From: Chiloscyllium plagiosum
Lineage: Eukaryota
Length of the DNA stretch: 64,000 nt
Direction: 5' to 3'
Assembly (NCBI RefSeq): GCF_004010195.1
Contig: NC_057719.1
Span: forward strand, 83,973,108 to 84,037,107
Positions 11,455 through 24,683 of this stretch are shown here, one piece after another. The notes under the pieces were generated by a model. It was given only the letters and a program-made list of their open reading frames with translations. It was not told where the DNA came from and did not search any database. The position numbers were made by a program, and so were the translations under genes. Position 1 is the first letter of the stretch. The number at the start of each line of letters is the position of its first letter.

Positions 11455-11725
11455 CACAGATTCCCCAGTGTGGAAGAAGGTCATCTGGCCCAGTAAGTCC
11501 ACACCAATCCTCTGAAGAGCATTCCACCCAGATCCACCCTCCCTCCCCTATCCCTGTAACCCTGCATTTCCCATGGCCAATCCTAGATTGCACATCTCTG
11601 GATTTAAGGAAACCCACACAGACATGGGGAGGATGTGCAAACTCCACAAAGACAGTCACCCAAGGCTGGAATAGAACCTGCATCCCCAGCGCTGTGAGGA
11701 AGCAGTGCTAACCACTCAGTCACTG
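11455..11725 (-). mobile_element. V-SINE (internally deleted)
   Basis: Reverse-complement match to 7239-7576. Confidence 0.85.
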
Positions 11726-12074
11726 CCACCCCAAAAATATCTACACGGTGAGCAGTGTTTATTCACAGAATCCTACAATGTGGAAGCAGGTCATCTGGCC
11801 CAGAACGCACTGCAGGAACTACCTTTGACAGGACCTTCCAAACCAATGGGGTCTATATCACCTCGAAGGATAAGGGCAGCAGACACATGAGAGCATTGTC
11901 ACCTGAAAGCTCCTCTCCAAGTCACACACAATCCTGACCTGGAAACATATTACCATCCCTTCACTGTTGGTAAATTTGGGAACTCCATCTCTCATAACAC
12001 AGTAGTTATACCTATATCACATCAACTGCAGTCGTTCAAAATAGCTCACCACTATGTTCTCATTCAGGACTGGG

Positions 12075-12385
12075 TGGCATAATGGGTGGTTAGCACTACT
12101 GCTCCACAGTGATTTGGGTTTGATTCCAGTCGTGGGTAACTGTCTGTGTGGAGTTTGCATGTTCCCCTCATGTCTGCATGGGTTTTCTCTGGGTGCTCTG
12201 GTTTCCCCCCCACAGCCCAAAGGTGTGCAGGCTAGGTGGCTTAGCCATGCTAAAATTTCCCTGTGGAGTCCAGGCGAGATGGATTAACCATGGGAAATAG
12301 GGGATTACCAGGATAGGCTGAGGGTCTGTATAGGATGCTCTTCGGAAGGTGAGTAGAAACTCAAAGAGCTGAGTGTCCTCTTTCT
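12075..12385 (+). mobile_element. V-SINE
   Basis: tggttagcactactgct...gggtttgattcc...tgtgtggagtttgcatgttc. Confidence 0.85.
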
Positions 12386-12814
12386 ATAATCGGACGATGA
12401 AGGCTCACTCTAGCCGCAATGCACACATCCATGAAAGAACACAAGAAAATGCCCAGTCTCCCACAAAACATTTAAAATGGTAGGCCCCAAATGTGGAATG
12501 GTTATGAGCGCGCAGGGACACAATTTCCAATAGTCAAATTCAGCAGTCACTTTATTAAGATTTGGTCCAGCAGCACACTTCCAAACCTATCCTGCACAAC
12601 TGCAGTCTGCAGCAAAATTTAGAAAATAATGCTGAGGATTGAGCACAAACAACCCCAGTAGCTCAGTTTCCTTACTCCTCACATCATAAAAAATCTCAAA
12701 ACATTTTACCAAGTTAGATAGTGAGAATGTAAAAGATTGCAGAGCAATTAGATTTAGGAACAGTAGTAGGCCATTTGGCTCACTGAAACTGCTCTGCACA
12801 CAATGAGCTCAGAT

Positions 12815-13215
12815 AGAATGCTTTCCTTTATTGGTCAGAGTATCGAGTACAGGAGTTAGGAGGTCATGTTGCGGCTGTACAGGACATTGGTTAGGCCACT
12901 GTTGGAATGTTGCGTGCAATTCTGGTCTCCTTCCTGTCGGAAAGATGTTGTGAAACTTGAAAGGGTTCAGAAAAGATTTACAAGGATATTGCCAGGGATG
13001 GTACGTGTAGGGAATGAGTTGCCAGAGGAAGTGGTGGAGGCTGGTACAATTGCAACATTTAAGAGGCATTTGGATAGGTATATGAAAAGGAAGGGTTTGG
13101 AGGAATATGGGTCGGGTGTTGACAGGTGGGACTAGATTGAGTTGGGATATCTGGTCGGCATGGATAGGTTGGACCAAAGAGTCTGTTTCCATGATTTACA
13201 TCTCTATGACTCTAT
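12815..13215 (+). mobile_element. CR1 3' end with internal deletion
   Basis: MLRLYRTLVRPLLECCVQFWSP...LERVQKRFTRILPG joined directly to VRVGNELPEEVVEAG; tail ctctatgactctatga. Confidence 0.9.
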
Positions 13216-15945
13216 GATCTCCAATGTCATGTTTTTGACTTATCCCCATAACCCTCTGTTCCTTTACAGATTTAAACATCAATCTACCTCAGCCTTCAAT
13301 GTGCTTAATGAACCAGCCTCTACAGCCCTTCTGTAACAAAACAAATCCATAGATTCACTAATCTGAGAGAAAAAATCATCCTCACCGACCTGGAAGATTA
13401 CTAGCATTGCATCCACTAAAGCTACTTCCTTAAATATCCTGCACGCAACCCATCAGTTGCAGGGGACTTATCGGCCTTTAGCTCCATTTGTTTTCTTAGC
13501 ATTTTTGCTTTAGTGATTGCTAGAGTGACCCTTTGCTCTGAGATTCTGCCCTCTGGAACTAACCTCTCCCACGAAGGGAATCAACTGCTCAGCACCTACC
13601 TTTGGAAAACACCCTAATATTCTTTGTATGTTTCAATAAGGTCACCTCTCATTTTTCTCAGCTCCAATGAGTATAAGCACCAACCTCTCCTCATTAGAAA
13701 AACCCTCCATACCCAGAATCAACCTAGTGAATCTTCACTGGATTACCTCCATTGCCAGCAATGCTAACCACAGAACAAAATGCCACCACCATATTTCTGA
13801 ATGCTTTGCTCAGATAACATCTGTTATATTAAACTCTAACACTTTCCCAAGGACTGATATTAAGCTAATTGGCCTTTAGTTCGCTAACTGTTCTTTATCT
13901 CCCTCCAGTTTTGAGTTGAGGTGTCACATTTATAAGAGGACATTTGGCACAGTATTCCAGCTGTGGTCTGATTCATGCCTTGTATGGTTTCACAAAACTT
14001 CCTGATTTTTGAATTCTACTCCCTTTGAAATAAAGGCCAACATTCAATTAGCCACTGACCATGAATGCTAGTTTTGTTTTCTAATTCATGGACAAAGACC
14101 CCCAAATCCCTCTCTGCTGCAGATTTCAACACTCTTCCGCCGTTTAGATAATATTCAGCTCTTCTACTCCACAAGCTTCAAATTTTCTCACTTCATATTT
14201 CATCTGCAAAGCTTTTACCTAGTCACTTAACCTGCCTATATCCCTCTGTAAATTTGTGCCATCTTTGTCACTTGGTTTTTCCCACCCTAATACTGCACTA
14301 TCTGCAAACATGAGGACAGTGGTTTCACTTCCCTCATCCAAGGTTATTAATAATTTTGTCCCCATTACTGGTCCCTGTAACACTCAAACAGTTACCATCC
14401 TGAGAATGCCTCCCTTAGCTCCACTCTCTGTCTTCAACGACTAGCCAATCCTCTATCCATGCCATGGGCTTCAATTGTATTAAATAGCTTTATCAAACAT
14501 CTTTCAGAAATCCAAACATATTATATCTACTGGTTCTCCCTTATTAATTCTAATAAATTTGTCAGCTATAATTTCCCTTTGTGAAGCTTGCTGACTCTGC
14601 TTGATCATATTATTTACTCATCATGGAATCACAGAATCCCTATGGTTTGGAAACAGGCTATTTGGCCCATTGAGTCCACACCAACCTTATAAATGGCATC
14701 CCACCATGTCCCTGTAACCCTGCATTTCCCATGGCTAATCCACCTAGCCTACACATCCCTGGACAGTATGGCTAATTTAGCATGGCCACTCCACCTAACT
14801 TGCATTTCGTTGGACTGTGGGAGGAAACCGGAGTACCCTGGGAGAACGTACAAACTGTACAAAGACAGTTGCTTGTGTGGGGAAATTAAGCCCGGGTCCC
14901 AAACACTATGAGGCTGCAGTGCTAACCACGGACCACCATGTCACCACAATACTTCTGAATGGTTTGCTCTGCTGTTACATCCATAATATTAGACTCTAAC
15001 ACTTTCCCATGGACTGATGATATTAAGCAAATTGGCCCTTAGTTAGTTACATGTTCTTTATCTCCATCCAGTTTGGAATAGACGTGTCACATTTGCATTT
15101 TCCAATTCATCAGGACTTCTCCAGAATCTAAGAATTCCTGGAAGATTACTAGCAGTGTACCCACTGCTACGGAAGCTACTTCCTTAAATATCCTGGATGC
15201 AACCCATCAGTTACAGGGGACCTAACGGCCTTTAGCCCCATTTCTTTGGTGATTGCTATCATATTAATATAGTTCCCACATTTTGGCCCTTGATTAGTTA
15301 GTACTTTTGGAATGTTATTAACGTCATTGACCGTGAAAACTGATGCAACATATTTATTCAACCCCTCTTACTTTTCTAGTCCACTATTATCATTTCTTGA
15401 GTCTCATTCTCTAAGTGGCCTGCAATCACTTTGGCTTCTCTCTCCCTTTGTGTACATTTAATGAAACTCTGTTTTCATATAGTTACTTGCTTGTTTACTC
15501 TCAAAGTTTATTTTCTCCCCCATTTTTCTTGGTCATCTTTTGTTAGTTTTAGCTTACCACCAAAGCTTGCCACATTGTGTTTTTTTTCTTTCAACCTTCA
15601 CTTTCTTGGTTAACCATGGCATGTTTATCCCTTTCCTAGAATCCTCTTCCTCCCTGGACTACATCTTTGTCCTGAGTCTTAAACTATTTTCTTAAACATC
15701 AGTCATTATTCCTCAACTGCCTTTTCTGTAAAATCTGTTTCCCAGTCCACTCCAACTCTGCCCGCATTCCTTTGAATTTACCCTTTTTTTAGGTTCAGCA
15801 CTGTTTATTTCTGAACAAATTTCTCACTCTCAAGTTGAATGTTAAATTCTACCACATTATGGTCACTATTTCCTAGGGTATCGTTGACTGAAATAATTTA
15901 TTATACTTGCTTCAATATATATTACCAGGTGCATAATAGCCTGAA
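13216..15945 (-). mobile_element. Old CR1 LINE, rearranged and interrupted by a SINE
   Basis: Reverse strand gives LNKYVASVFT, GLKAVRSPVTDGLHP and CR1-type 3' sequence; highly diverged. Confidence 0.7.
14625..14940 (-). mobile_element. V-SINE nested in old CR1
   Basis: Reverse-complement match to V-SINE. Confidence 0.85.
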
Positions 15946-15957
15946 ACCTATTTGGGT

Positions 15958-16162
15958 GGAGTGTGTGTTGCTTGAAAAGCACAGCAGGTCAGGCAGCATC
16001 TGAGGAAAATCGACGTTTTCTGATGAATCGAATGATTCCTAATGAAGGGCTCTGGCCCAAAACGTCGATTTTCCTGCTCCTCGGATGCTGCCTGACCTGC
16101 TGTGCTTTTCCAGCAACACACTCTCAACTCTGATCTCCAGCATCTGCAGACCTCACTGTCTC
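15958..16162. mobile_element. PLE-derived fold-back mini-element (family 1)
   Basis: Inverted arms plus tail ctctgatctccagcatctgcagacctcactgtctc; approximate TSD cctga(aa/t)ccctatttgg on both sides. Confidence 0.8.
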
Positions 16163-16229
16163 CTGATCCCTATTTGGATCCATCAAACAATCCAGAATAC
16201 ACTCAGTGAAAAGGGAAATCAATGAAAAG

Positions 16230-16610
16230 GAGGAAATGTCAGAGGTTGTGGATTCAAATACTACTCGGAAGACTGGCGCACACATTCAACCTGACATCTG
16301 GTGCAGTCCTGAGGGAGTGCTGCATTGCCAGAGGAGTGACCTTTCCAGTGTGACAAAGGCTCTGTTTGAGCAAAAGGGACATTGCCTTAGGAGGAGCCAG
16401 GGAGTTTCTCAGTGTCCCAGGCAACATTTATTCCTCAGCTAATATCACTAAAATAGATTATCTGATCATTACAATAGTGCTGCATATGGAAAGTTGCTGT
16501 GCTCGAACTGACTGTCACACTTCCTAGTACAACAGTGACAACACTTCCTGAAAGCATTTAATTGGCTATAAAATGCTTTAAGCCACCCTGAGGTCATGAA
16601 TGTGGCATGT
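16230..16610 (+). mobile_element. Deu-domain SINE (SacSINE1/AmnSINE1-like)
   Basis: ctgagggagtgctgcattg...atttattcctca...tcactaaaatagattatctgatcatta...gcatttaattggctataaaatgcttt. Confidence 0.7.
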
Positions 16611-16774
16611 GCCTTTAACAGAGAGAATTTGAAGATGGGGGAGGTTGCTAAGCAGAGCTTGTAGCAATATCTTCACAGAGATGGCATGGCAGAGTACAAG
16701 TTTGAAAAAAAAACAGCAGTTAGAGCAGATTGCTTCAAATAGAGCAATTACAAATAAGGGCAAGGATCTTGCAA

Positions 16775-18035
16775 ACATATGAACAAGAGTAGGCCATTCG
16801 GCCCTTCTCCATCATTCAATAAGATCATGACTGTTTGACCTGAATCTCAACTCTACATTCCTGTATACCATCAACATCTTTCTTCCACTTGGTAATCAAG
16901 AATTGATCTACCTTTTTGAAGATTCTGCATCCATTAGCTTTTGAAAAAGGGAATTCCAATCCCTACACAACCCTCAGAGAAACGTAATCCTCACTGCTGT
17001 CTTAAATGGGTGACCGTTTATTTTTAAACCATGACCCCTTGTTTGAGATTGTCCCACAACAGGAATCATCCTTTCCACATCCACCTGGTCAAGTTCCCTC
17101 AGGATCCTGTATGTTTCAATTAAGTCACCTTCGACTTTACTAAACTCCAGAGATTACATGTCTAGCCTGTCCAGTCTTTCCTCATCATGCAATCCAGTCA
17201 TTCCAGGTATTAGCTGAGTAAATTTTCCCTGAAATGCTTCCAACACTCTAATATTCTTCCCTAAGTACAGTGACCAGTTCTGTATGGAGAATCTAAATAT
17301 AGTCTCATAACTTAAGCATAACCTCCCTACTCTTGCATTCAATTCACCTTGTAAAAAAAATGTTTCCATTAGCTTTCCTGAATACTTGCGGTATCTGCAT
17401 GCTAACATTTGCAATTCATACACTAAGATAAACAGATCTCTCTGCATCTCAGAGCTCTGCACCCTCCATTATTTAGATAATATGATTTTATTTACTATTT
17501 CTACTAAAATGAACCATTTCATACTTTCCCAAAATTGTACTCCATTTGCCAGACCTTTTCCTGCTCACTTTATCAGTATCCCTTTGCAGGCTCCTTATGT
17601 CCTCCTCACAACTCCCTTACCTACCTAGCATTGTATCATCAACAAATTTAGCTACCATACCTTCAGCTCCTTCATCCAAATCATTCATATAAATTGTGAA
17701 GAGTTGATGCCCCAGGACTGCCCCGGTGACACACTACTCATGATATCCTGTCAGCTGGCTAACCATCTATCCATGTCAATATGTTACTCCTGACACCATG
17801 AGCTTTTCTCTTCCACAATAACCTTTGATGTGGCACCTTATCAAAGCCTTCCGGAAATCTAAGTACACCACTTCCACTGGTTCCCCTATATTCGCAGTTC
17901 AAGTTACTTTCACAAAGAACTCCAATAAATTATTTAAACATGAATTCCCTCTGGCAAAACCATGTTGGGTCAGCCTGATGACCTTGAACTTATCCAGGGT
18001 ACCCTGTTATAACATTGTTAATAACAGCTTCTAAT
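16775..18035 (-). mobile_element. Old CR1 LINE 3' portion
   Basis: Reverse strand gives LEAFQGKFTQLIPGMTGLHDEERLDRL and VVYLDFRKA; CR1 3' end near 16780. Confidence 0.8.
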
Positions 18036-19659
18036 ATACTCCCTTGGGAGCAAGGACCAAGGTTGTAATAAGTGAAGCAAGGTGGCAGGATGAGGACGTG
18101 TTCTCCTGAACTCTTTGAATAGATTCCATCACTGCTGCAAATCTCTGGTGGAAAGTTACCTATTAAATCATGGACACCAAACACACCAAAAGAGCAATGT
18201 TTCCTGTAACCCGAGGACTCCCCTCCATCTCCCCAAACCCCCTCCCATCCCAAATTTGCTGAAGTCTCGGCAGACAATAATGAGGATCTATTCTGGGCCA
18301 ATTAAGAACCATTCGTGCTGTTGCTACATAAGCACAGCCCGCCTACTGAATCTCTTAGAATGGAGATTAATTAACAGCATGAAACTAGCAGCAGAGCAGC
18401 CGGGTCCCTGCAGGAACCAATCCTTGCATGGCCCAGCTGAACAAATACAGGACGATTAGACAGACCCCCAAGGGGCAGCTAAACAACTTGCTTGGAGTCA
18501 AAGAATGTTCGTTTCTTGTCCCAGTGGAAAAGTTAATTGCTGGCCTGGAGAGAGCCAAGCGTAATGATTTCCTTATATAAACACGAGGCCCACTATCGGC
18601 AGCCAACACAAAGAAACACAGATGACTGCCCTGACAAACACTATATTGCAGTGGGCTTTCTCTTCCCTTGCAAAATATTTTGTTTGTTGATGGTGAAGAC
18701 GGGGCTAACCGGGAAGCCAGTACACTGGTTGCCCTCACTCTCCTCTGGTAACTTTACTAGTCCATTTTCTCCAGAAGATGTTAAGTAACAAAGCCCTACT
18801 CCATCCCCTGGGGTGATGGGGGATAGTAGAGAAAATAAAATACCAGTCAAAATCTTGAACCAAGTGCAATTTTCAAGTAACATGAGGGGATAAAGCAAAA
18901 ATAAACATTCTACTCTCCAGAAAGTACAAGGTAGAGCCTGCTATACTCATCAAATGCCAAAGGAAACAGTCTCATGCAAGTCAAGGCCAATTCTGGGCCT
19001 ACATTTCTTTCAATAAATATTTTGATTTCATTAGTTGAACTGCTGGCAAAGTGTCTGAACCGCAATTATTTCAAAGTTTGGTTAGAGCGCATCACATTCA
19101 TGGTAACAGGATCTGTCGTTACAAGCTCAGCCTCTGTGGTGTTGTGAATCCTAACATTTACAATGGGCTCCAGGCACTGATTAACCCTTTGGTTACCACT
19201 GTGCTTCGTTTCCAGCTTGTCTCCTCACTTGCTGTGAATGAGCAACGTTTGCCCTTTAAATGTAACCCACCATGCTTTCACCCGGTGTGAATGAAGTCGC
19301 TCACGTTTATGTGGCATTTTGGACTGCATTATGTGAGCAATTAACAGAAGCTGTGATACATCCCCTTAAAGGGAAGAAGGTGAAGAGGAGATTAATAGAG
19401 GTGATTTAAGAGTGATGTTAGTGAAGGGTTTGTGTCCTAAGACAAATCTGTTTCTACAGGCAGAAGGGTCAGTTTCCTGAAGGTAAAGATTTAAACCAAT
19501 TGGCAGAAGAGTCAGAAGTGCAAAGAGGAGTAATTCTTTTAGGCAGTGAGTTATGATGATCTGGAACGCAGTGCCTGACAGTGTGGTGAAAGCAGACTCA
19601 ATAGTCTTTTCAAAAGGAAATTGGATAAACAACTGAACTGAGGGAGATTGCAAGGCAAT

Positions 19660-20000
19660 CATAGATTTCCTACAATGTTGAGGCAGGCCATTATGCCCAT
19701 CGAGTTGACACCGATCCTCTGAAGACCTTCCCACTCAGAACCAGCCCCCTAACCTAACTCTGTAACCCCACACCGACCATGGCCAATCTACCTAACCTAT
19801 ACATCCCTGGACATTGGACAATTTAACCTGGCTATTCCACCCAACCTGCACATCTTTGGACGGTGGGAGGAAACCGGATCACCCGGAGGAAACCCACACA
19901 TACACGGTGAGAACATGCAAACTCCACACAGACGTCCAAAGTTCATATTGAACCTGGGTCCCTGGGGCTGTGAGGCAGCAGTGCTAACCACTGAGCCGCC
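19660..20000 (-). mobile_element. V-SINE inserted in a CR1 3' fragment (19380-20100, +)
   Basis: Reverse-complement V-SINE with intact head ggcggctcagtggttagcactgctgcctcacagc. Confidence 0.85.
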
Positions 20001-21978
20001 TCAATGATGAAACTCGGGCAGTTGGAGTAATTGGATAGAATTTTCAAAGATCTGATAGAGGCATGAGCCAAGCAAACCCCTTTCTGCATGGTACAATTCT
20101 AGGTACTTCACAGGAGCACATGGAGAAAAGAAAGTGGCAGGCCAAAGAAAATATCAATAGTGGTCTAAAGCTTTGCTAGAGTTCAATTTTAAGATATATT
20201 TTAGATGTAAGGAGGTAGGAGAAAAGGTTTAGGGAGATAATTTGACAATGTTCTGAAGAAGGACCACTGGACTTGAAACCCTGTGATTTCTCTCCACAGG
20301 TGCTGCCAGATCTGCTGAGTTTTTCCAGCAATTTCTGTTTATGCCTCTGATTCTTTGGTTTCTCAGTTTGAGACTATGTTGAACAACAGCAGAGTAGTAT
20401 GTGGAATGGTTACACAAGAATAAAAGTCAGAATTGAGAGATTGGAGGGGCAGAATTGACTCACAGTGTAGAAGGAGATTACAGAGTAAAGGACAGATCCA
20501 AGACTTAAATCCAAGGCTGAGTTTTAAATTTGACACAACAACCCAGAATTTTATTTTGATACAAATAAATCCTAAAACTTTCTGCTTAAATATTCTTTTG
20601 TTAAGTAACAAGCTTATTAACAGATTCACTGAAATACAGAATTCACAATCTTTACAATAATATTTCCACCACTCACTTGAGCACTGGGGACATTACAGTC
20701 TAATTTCCACTCATTGGTACTTAGCGTCATTGAGAATAACAAATATAGTTGATTTTCTCCCTGCCTCGCTAAAGAGCACTGGTTGATTGTAACACTCAAG
20801 TTACTGGTCTCCTTGACACCAACTTGGTGTATTGGAGCCAAACTGTTGGAAAAGCTAATGGTTCTGACAGGGCTCATGCTGAGGAATATATTAAGCTTCA
20901 TCAATCTGACAATGTCACTGGGACTTGAGTAGGAGAAGGCAAAACACTTCTGGGTCTCAAAGGAGACAGATCTATCATCCTCACTGCCTTCACAATGTTT
21001 GTCATACCAATGTACCTTGTACCTAATTGATAAATTGTAAAAGACCACATATTTGTTAAGACAAGGAGCTCTTCTCATTTGGCTACCTATTGCTTTTCCT
21101 CTAGCACACTAGAAAAAGCAGGCCATATAAATCACAATGTCGAAGGATGATGGCGGTACCAAATCTACCCTGATGATGATCACAAATGGGTGTGTGTGTG
21201 TGTACACGTATGCACGCACTCAGGAATACTTAGCAGAGTGACATCTTCTTGATTGGCTCCTGGGCGTGTGGTTACAAATTTGTTTTTGAACAACACAGCA
21301 GAAACAGCTGGTGAAGGAGAAAAACATCTCGTTCTTCTACAAGTGGAGAACTAAAAGAATAATCCAGCGTAGCTAGCTACTCCCTCTGCAAGTTCCCTTC
21401 TTCAAAGGAAAAGAGGAAAAACCATCTTCAGAAACACTGACGTGGTGTGTCAAAGATTCAGGAAGAACGGAATGCAAACATCTCATCAACACCTCTACTT
21501 ATGTCAGAACCATGCTTCACTGACTTTTTCTGCTTTTTCCCTACTCATAATATTTATGTCCAATTTCATCTGTGTTGTTTCTAAGTGTATGGACTTTTTT
21601 TTAAAAAAGGGTATAGTTGAAGTTGTGGTGAGTATTTCACAATTCACATTTCAATTCTGCCATTGGTTAAAAACAATCTGTTGGCAAGAAATAGCTGCTT
21701 TCCTGTTAAATAAAGAATCTAGGAGAAAGTGAGGACTGCAGATGCTGGAAATCAGAGCTGAAAATGTGTTGCTGGAAAAGCGCAGCAGGTCAGGCAGCAT
21801 CCAAGGAGGAGGAGAATCGACGTTTCGGGCATGAGCCCTTCTTCAAGAATGAGGAAAGTGTAGGGCTCATGCCCGAAACGTCGATTCTCCTGCTCCTTGG
21901 ATGCTGCCTGACCTGCTGCGCTTTTCCAGCAACACATTTTCAGCTCTGATTTCCAGCATCTGCAGTCCTCACTTTCTC

Positions 21979-22936
21979 NNNNNNNNNNNNNNNNNNNNNN
22001 NNNNNNNNNNNNNNNNNNNNNNNNNNNNNNNNNNNNNNNNNNNNNNNNNNNNNNNNNNNNNNNNNNNNNNNNNNNNNNNNNNNNNNNNNNNNNNNNNNNN
22101 NNNNNNNNNNNNNNNNNNNNNNNNNNNNNNNNNNNNNNNNNNNNNNNNNNNNNNNNNNNNNNNNNNNNNNNNNNNNNNNNNNNNNNNNNNNNNNNNNNNN
22201 NNNNNNNNNNNNNNNNNNNNNNNNNNNNNNNNNNNNNNNNNNNNNNNNNNNNNNNNNNNNNNNNNNNNNNNNNNNNNNNNNNNNNNNNNNNNNNNNNNNN
22301 NNNNNNNNNNNNNNNNNNNNNNNNNNNNNNNNNNNNNNNNNNNNNNNNNNNNNNNNNNNNNNNNNNNNNNNNNNNNNNNNNNNNNNNNNNNNNNNNNNNN
22401 NNNNNNNNNNNNNNNNNNNNNNNNNNNNNNNNNNNNNNNNNNNNNNNNNNNNNNNNNNNNNNNNNNNNNNNNNNNNNNNNNNNNNNNNNNNNNNNNNNNN
22501 NNNNNNNNNNNNNNNNNNNNNNNNNNNNNNNNNNNNNNNNNNNNNNNNNNNNNNNNNNNNNNNNNNNNNNNNNNNNNNNNNNNNNNNNNNNNNNNNNNNN
22601 NNNNNNNNNNNNNNNNNNNNNNNNNNNNNNNNNNNNNNNNNNNNNNNNNNNNNNNNNNNNNNNNNNNNNNNNNNNNNNNNNNNNNNNNNNNNNNNNNNNN
22701 NNNNNNNNNNNNNNNNNNNNNNNNNNNNNNNNNNNNNNNNNNNNNNNNNNNNNNNNNNNNNNNNNNNNNNNNNNNNNNNNNNNNNNNNNNNNNNNNNNNN
22801 NNNNNNNNNNNNNNNNNNNNNNNNNNNNNNNNNNNNNNNNNNNNNNNNNNNNNNNNNNNNNNNNNNNNNNNNNNNNNNNNNNNNNNNNNNNNNNNNNNNN
22901 NNNNNNNNNNNNNNNNNNNNNNNNNNNNNNNNNNNN
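21979..22936. other. Assembly gap (N run)
   Basis: Run of n characters. Confidence 1.
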
Positions 22937-23478
22937 GTCCCCCTTAGTCCAAGAACTCCCCACCTACGTTCGGGACACCACCCACGCCCTCCACCTCCTC
23001 CATGATTTTCGCTTCCCCGGTCCCCAACGCCTTCACCATGGACACCCAGTCCCTGTCCACCTCCACCCCCCATCACGAAGGCCTCATAGCCCTCCGCTTC
23101 TTCCTTTCCGGCCGAACCAACCAGTACCCTTCCACTGACACCCTCCTTCGACTGACTGAACTGGTCCTCACCCTGAACAACTTCTCTCTCCAATCCTCCC
23201 ACTTCCTCCAAACCAAAGGAGTAGCCATGGGTACCCGCATGGGCCCCAGCTATGCCTGCCTCTTCATAGGATATGTGGAACAGTCCATCTTTGCAGCTAC
23301 ACTGGCACCACCCCCCACCTTTTCCTCCACTACATCGATGACTGTATCGGCGCTGCCTCGTGCTCCCACGAGGAGGTTGAACAGTTCATCCAATTTAACA
23401 ACATCTTCCACCCCGACCTCAAATTTGCCTGGACCATCTCAGACTCCTCCCTCCCCTTCTGAGACTCTCCATTTCTAT

Positions 23479-23687
23479 GCTGATAATGTGTTGCTGGAAA
23501 AGCACAGCAGGTCAGGCAGCATCCAAGGAGCAGGAGAATCGACGTTTCGGGCATGAGCCCTTCTTCAGGGAGGGCTCATGCCCGAAACGTCGATTTTCCT
23601 GCTCCTTGAATGCTGCCTGACCTGCTGCGCTTTTCCAGCAATACATTATCAGCTCTGATCTACAGCATCTGCAGTCCTCACTTTCTC
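23479..23687. mobile_element. Fold-back mini-element nested inside the PLE RT
   Basis: Inverted arms plus tail; TSD ctctccatttctat at 23465-23478 and 23688-23701; reverse complement of 23541-23568 is an intact hammerhead-like core. Confidence 0.9.
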
Positions 23688-24655
23688 CTCTCCATTTCTA
23701 TCTCGGGCGACCGAATCAACATGGACATTTACTATAAACTGACTGACTCCCACAGCTACCTAGACTACACCTCCCCTCTCCCTGCCCCCTGTAAAAATGC
23801 CATCCCATATTCCCAATTCCTTCATCTCCGCCGCATCTGATCCCAGGAGGACCAGTTCCAATACCGAACAACCCAGATGGCCACCTTCTTCAAAGACCGC
23901 TATTTCCCCCAGGCGAGATCGACGATGCTCTCCACTGCATCTCCTCCACTTCCCGCTCCTCCAGCCTTGAGCCCCGCCCCTCCAATCGCCACCAGGACAG
24001 AACCCCATTGGTCCTCACCTACCACCCCACCAACCTCCATATACATCGTATCATCCGTCGTCATTTCCGCCACCTCCAAATGGATCCGACCACCAGGGAT
24101 ATATTTCCCTCCCCTCCCCTATCAGCATTCCGAAAAGACCACTCCCTCTGTGACTCCCACGTCAGGTCCACACCCCCACTCCCGGCACCTTCCCCTGCAA
24201 CCGCAAGAAATGCAAAACTTGTACCCACACCTTCTCCCTTACTTCCCTCCAAGGCCCCAAGAGATCCTTCCATATCCGCCACAAATTCACCTGCACCTAC
24301 ACACACATCATTTACTGCATCCGCTGCACCCGATGTGGCCTCCGACCACAACAAAATGATGGTTGGAGGAAGAGCGCCTCATCTTCCGCCTAGGAACCCT
24401 CCAACCACAAGGCAGGAACGCGGGTTTCACCAGTTTCCTCATTTCCCCTCCCCCCACCTTGTCTCAGTCAAATCCATCGAATTCAGCACCGCCTTCCTAA
24501 CCTGCACTCTTCTTCCTGACCTCTCCGCCCCCACCCCAGTCTGACCTATCACCCTCACCTTGACTTCCTTCCACCTATCGCATTTCCAATGCCCCTCCCC
24601 CAAGTCCCTCCTCCCTACCTTTTATCTTAGCCTGCTGGACACACTTTCCTCATTC

Positions 24656-24683
24656 CTGAAGAAGGACTCATGCCCGAAATGTC
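24656..24683 (+). ncRNA. Minimal type I hammerhead ribozyme-like motif in the PLE 3' repeat (slightly decayed)
   Basis: CTGAAGA-A-GGAC-TCAT-GCCC-GAAA-TGTC, sense to the PLE ORF; other copies have perfect GGGC/GCCC stem II and GAAACGTC. Confidence 0.55.

Noticed and set aside
21240..21280. CCAAT plus GC-box promoter (gattggctcctgggcgtgtgg)
   Set aside because: Short motifs with no CpG island or linked gene; cannot be supported from sequence alone
21752..23211. Long ORFs of 348-423 aa
   Set aside because: They run through the N gap and are artefacts
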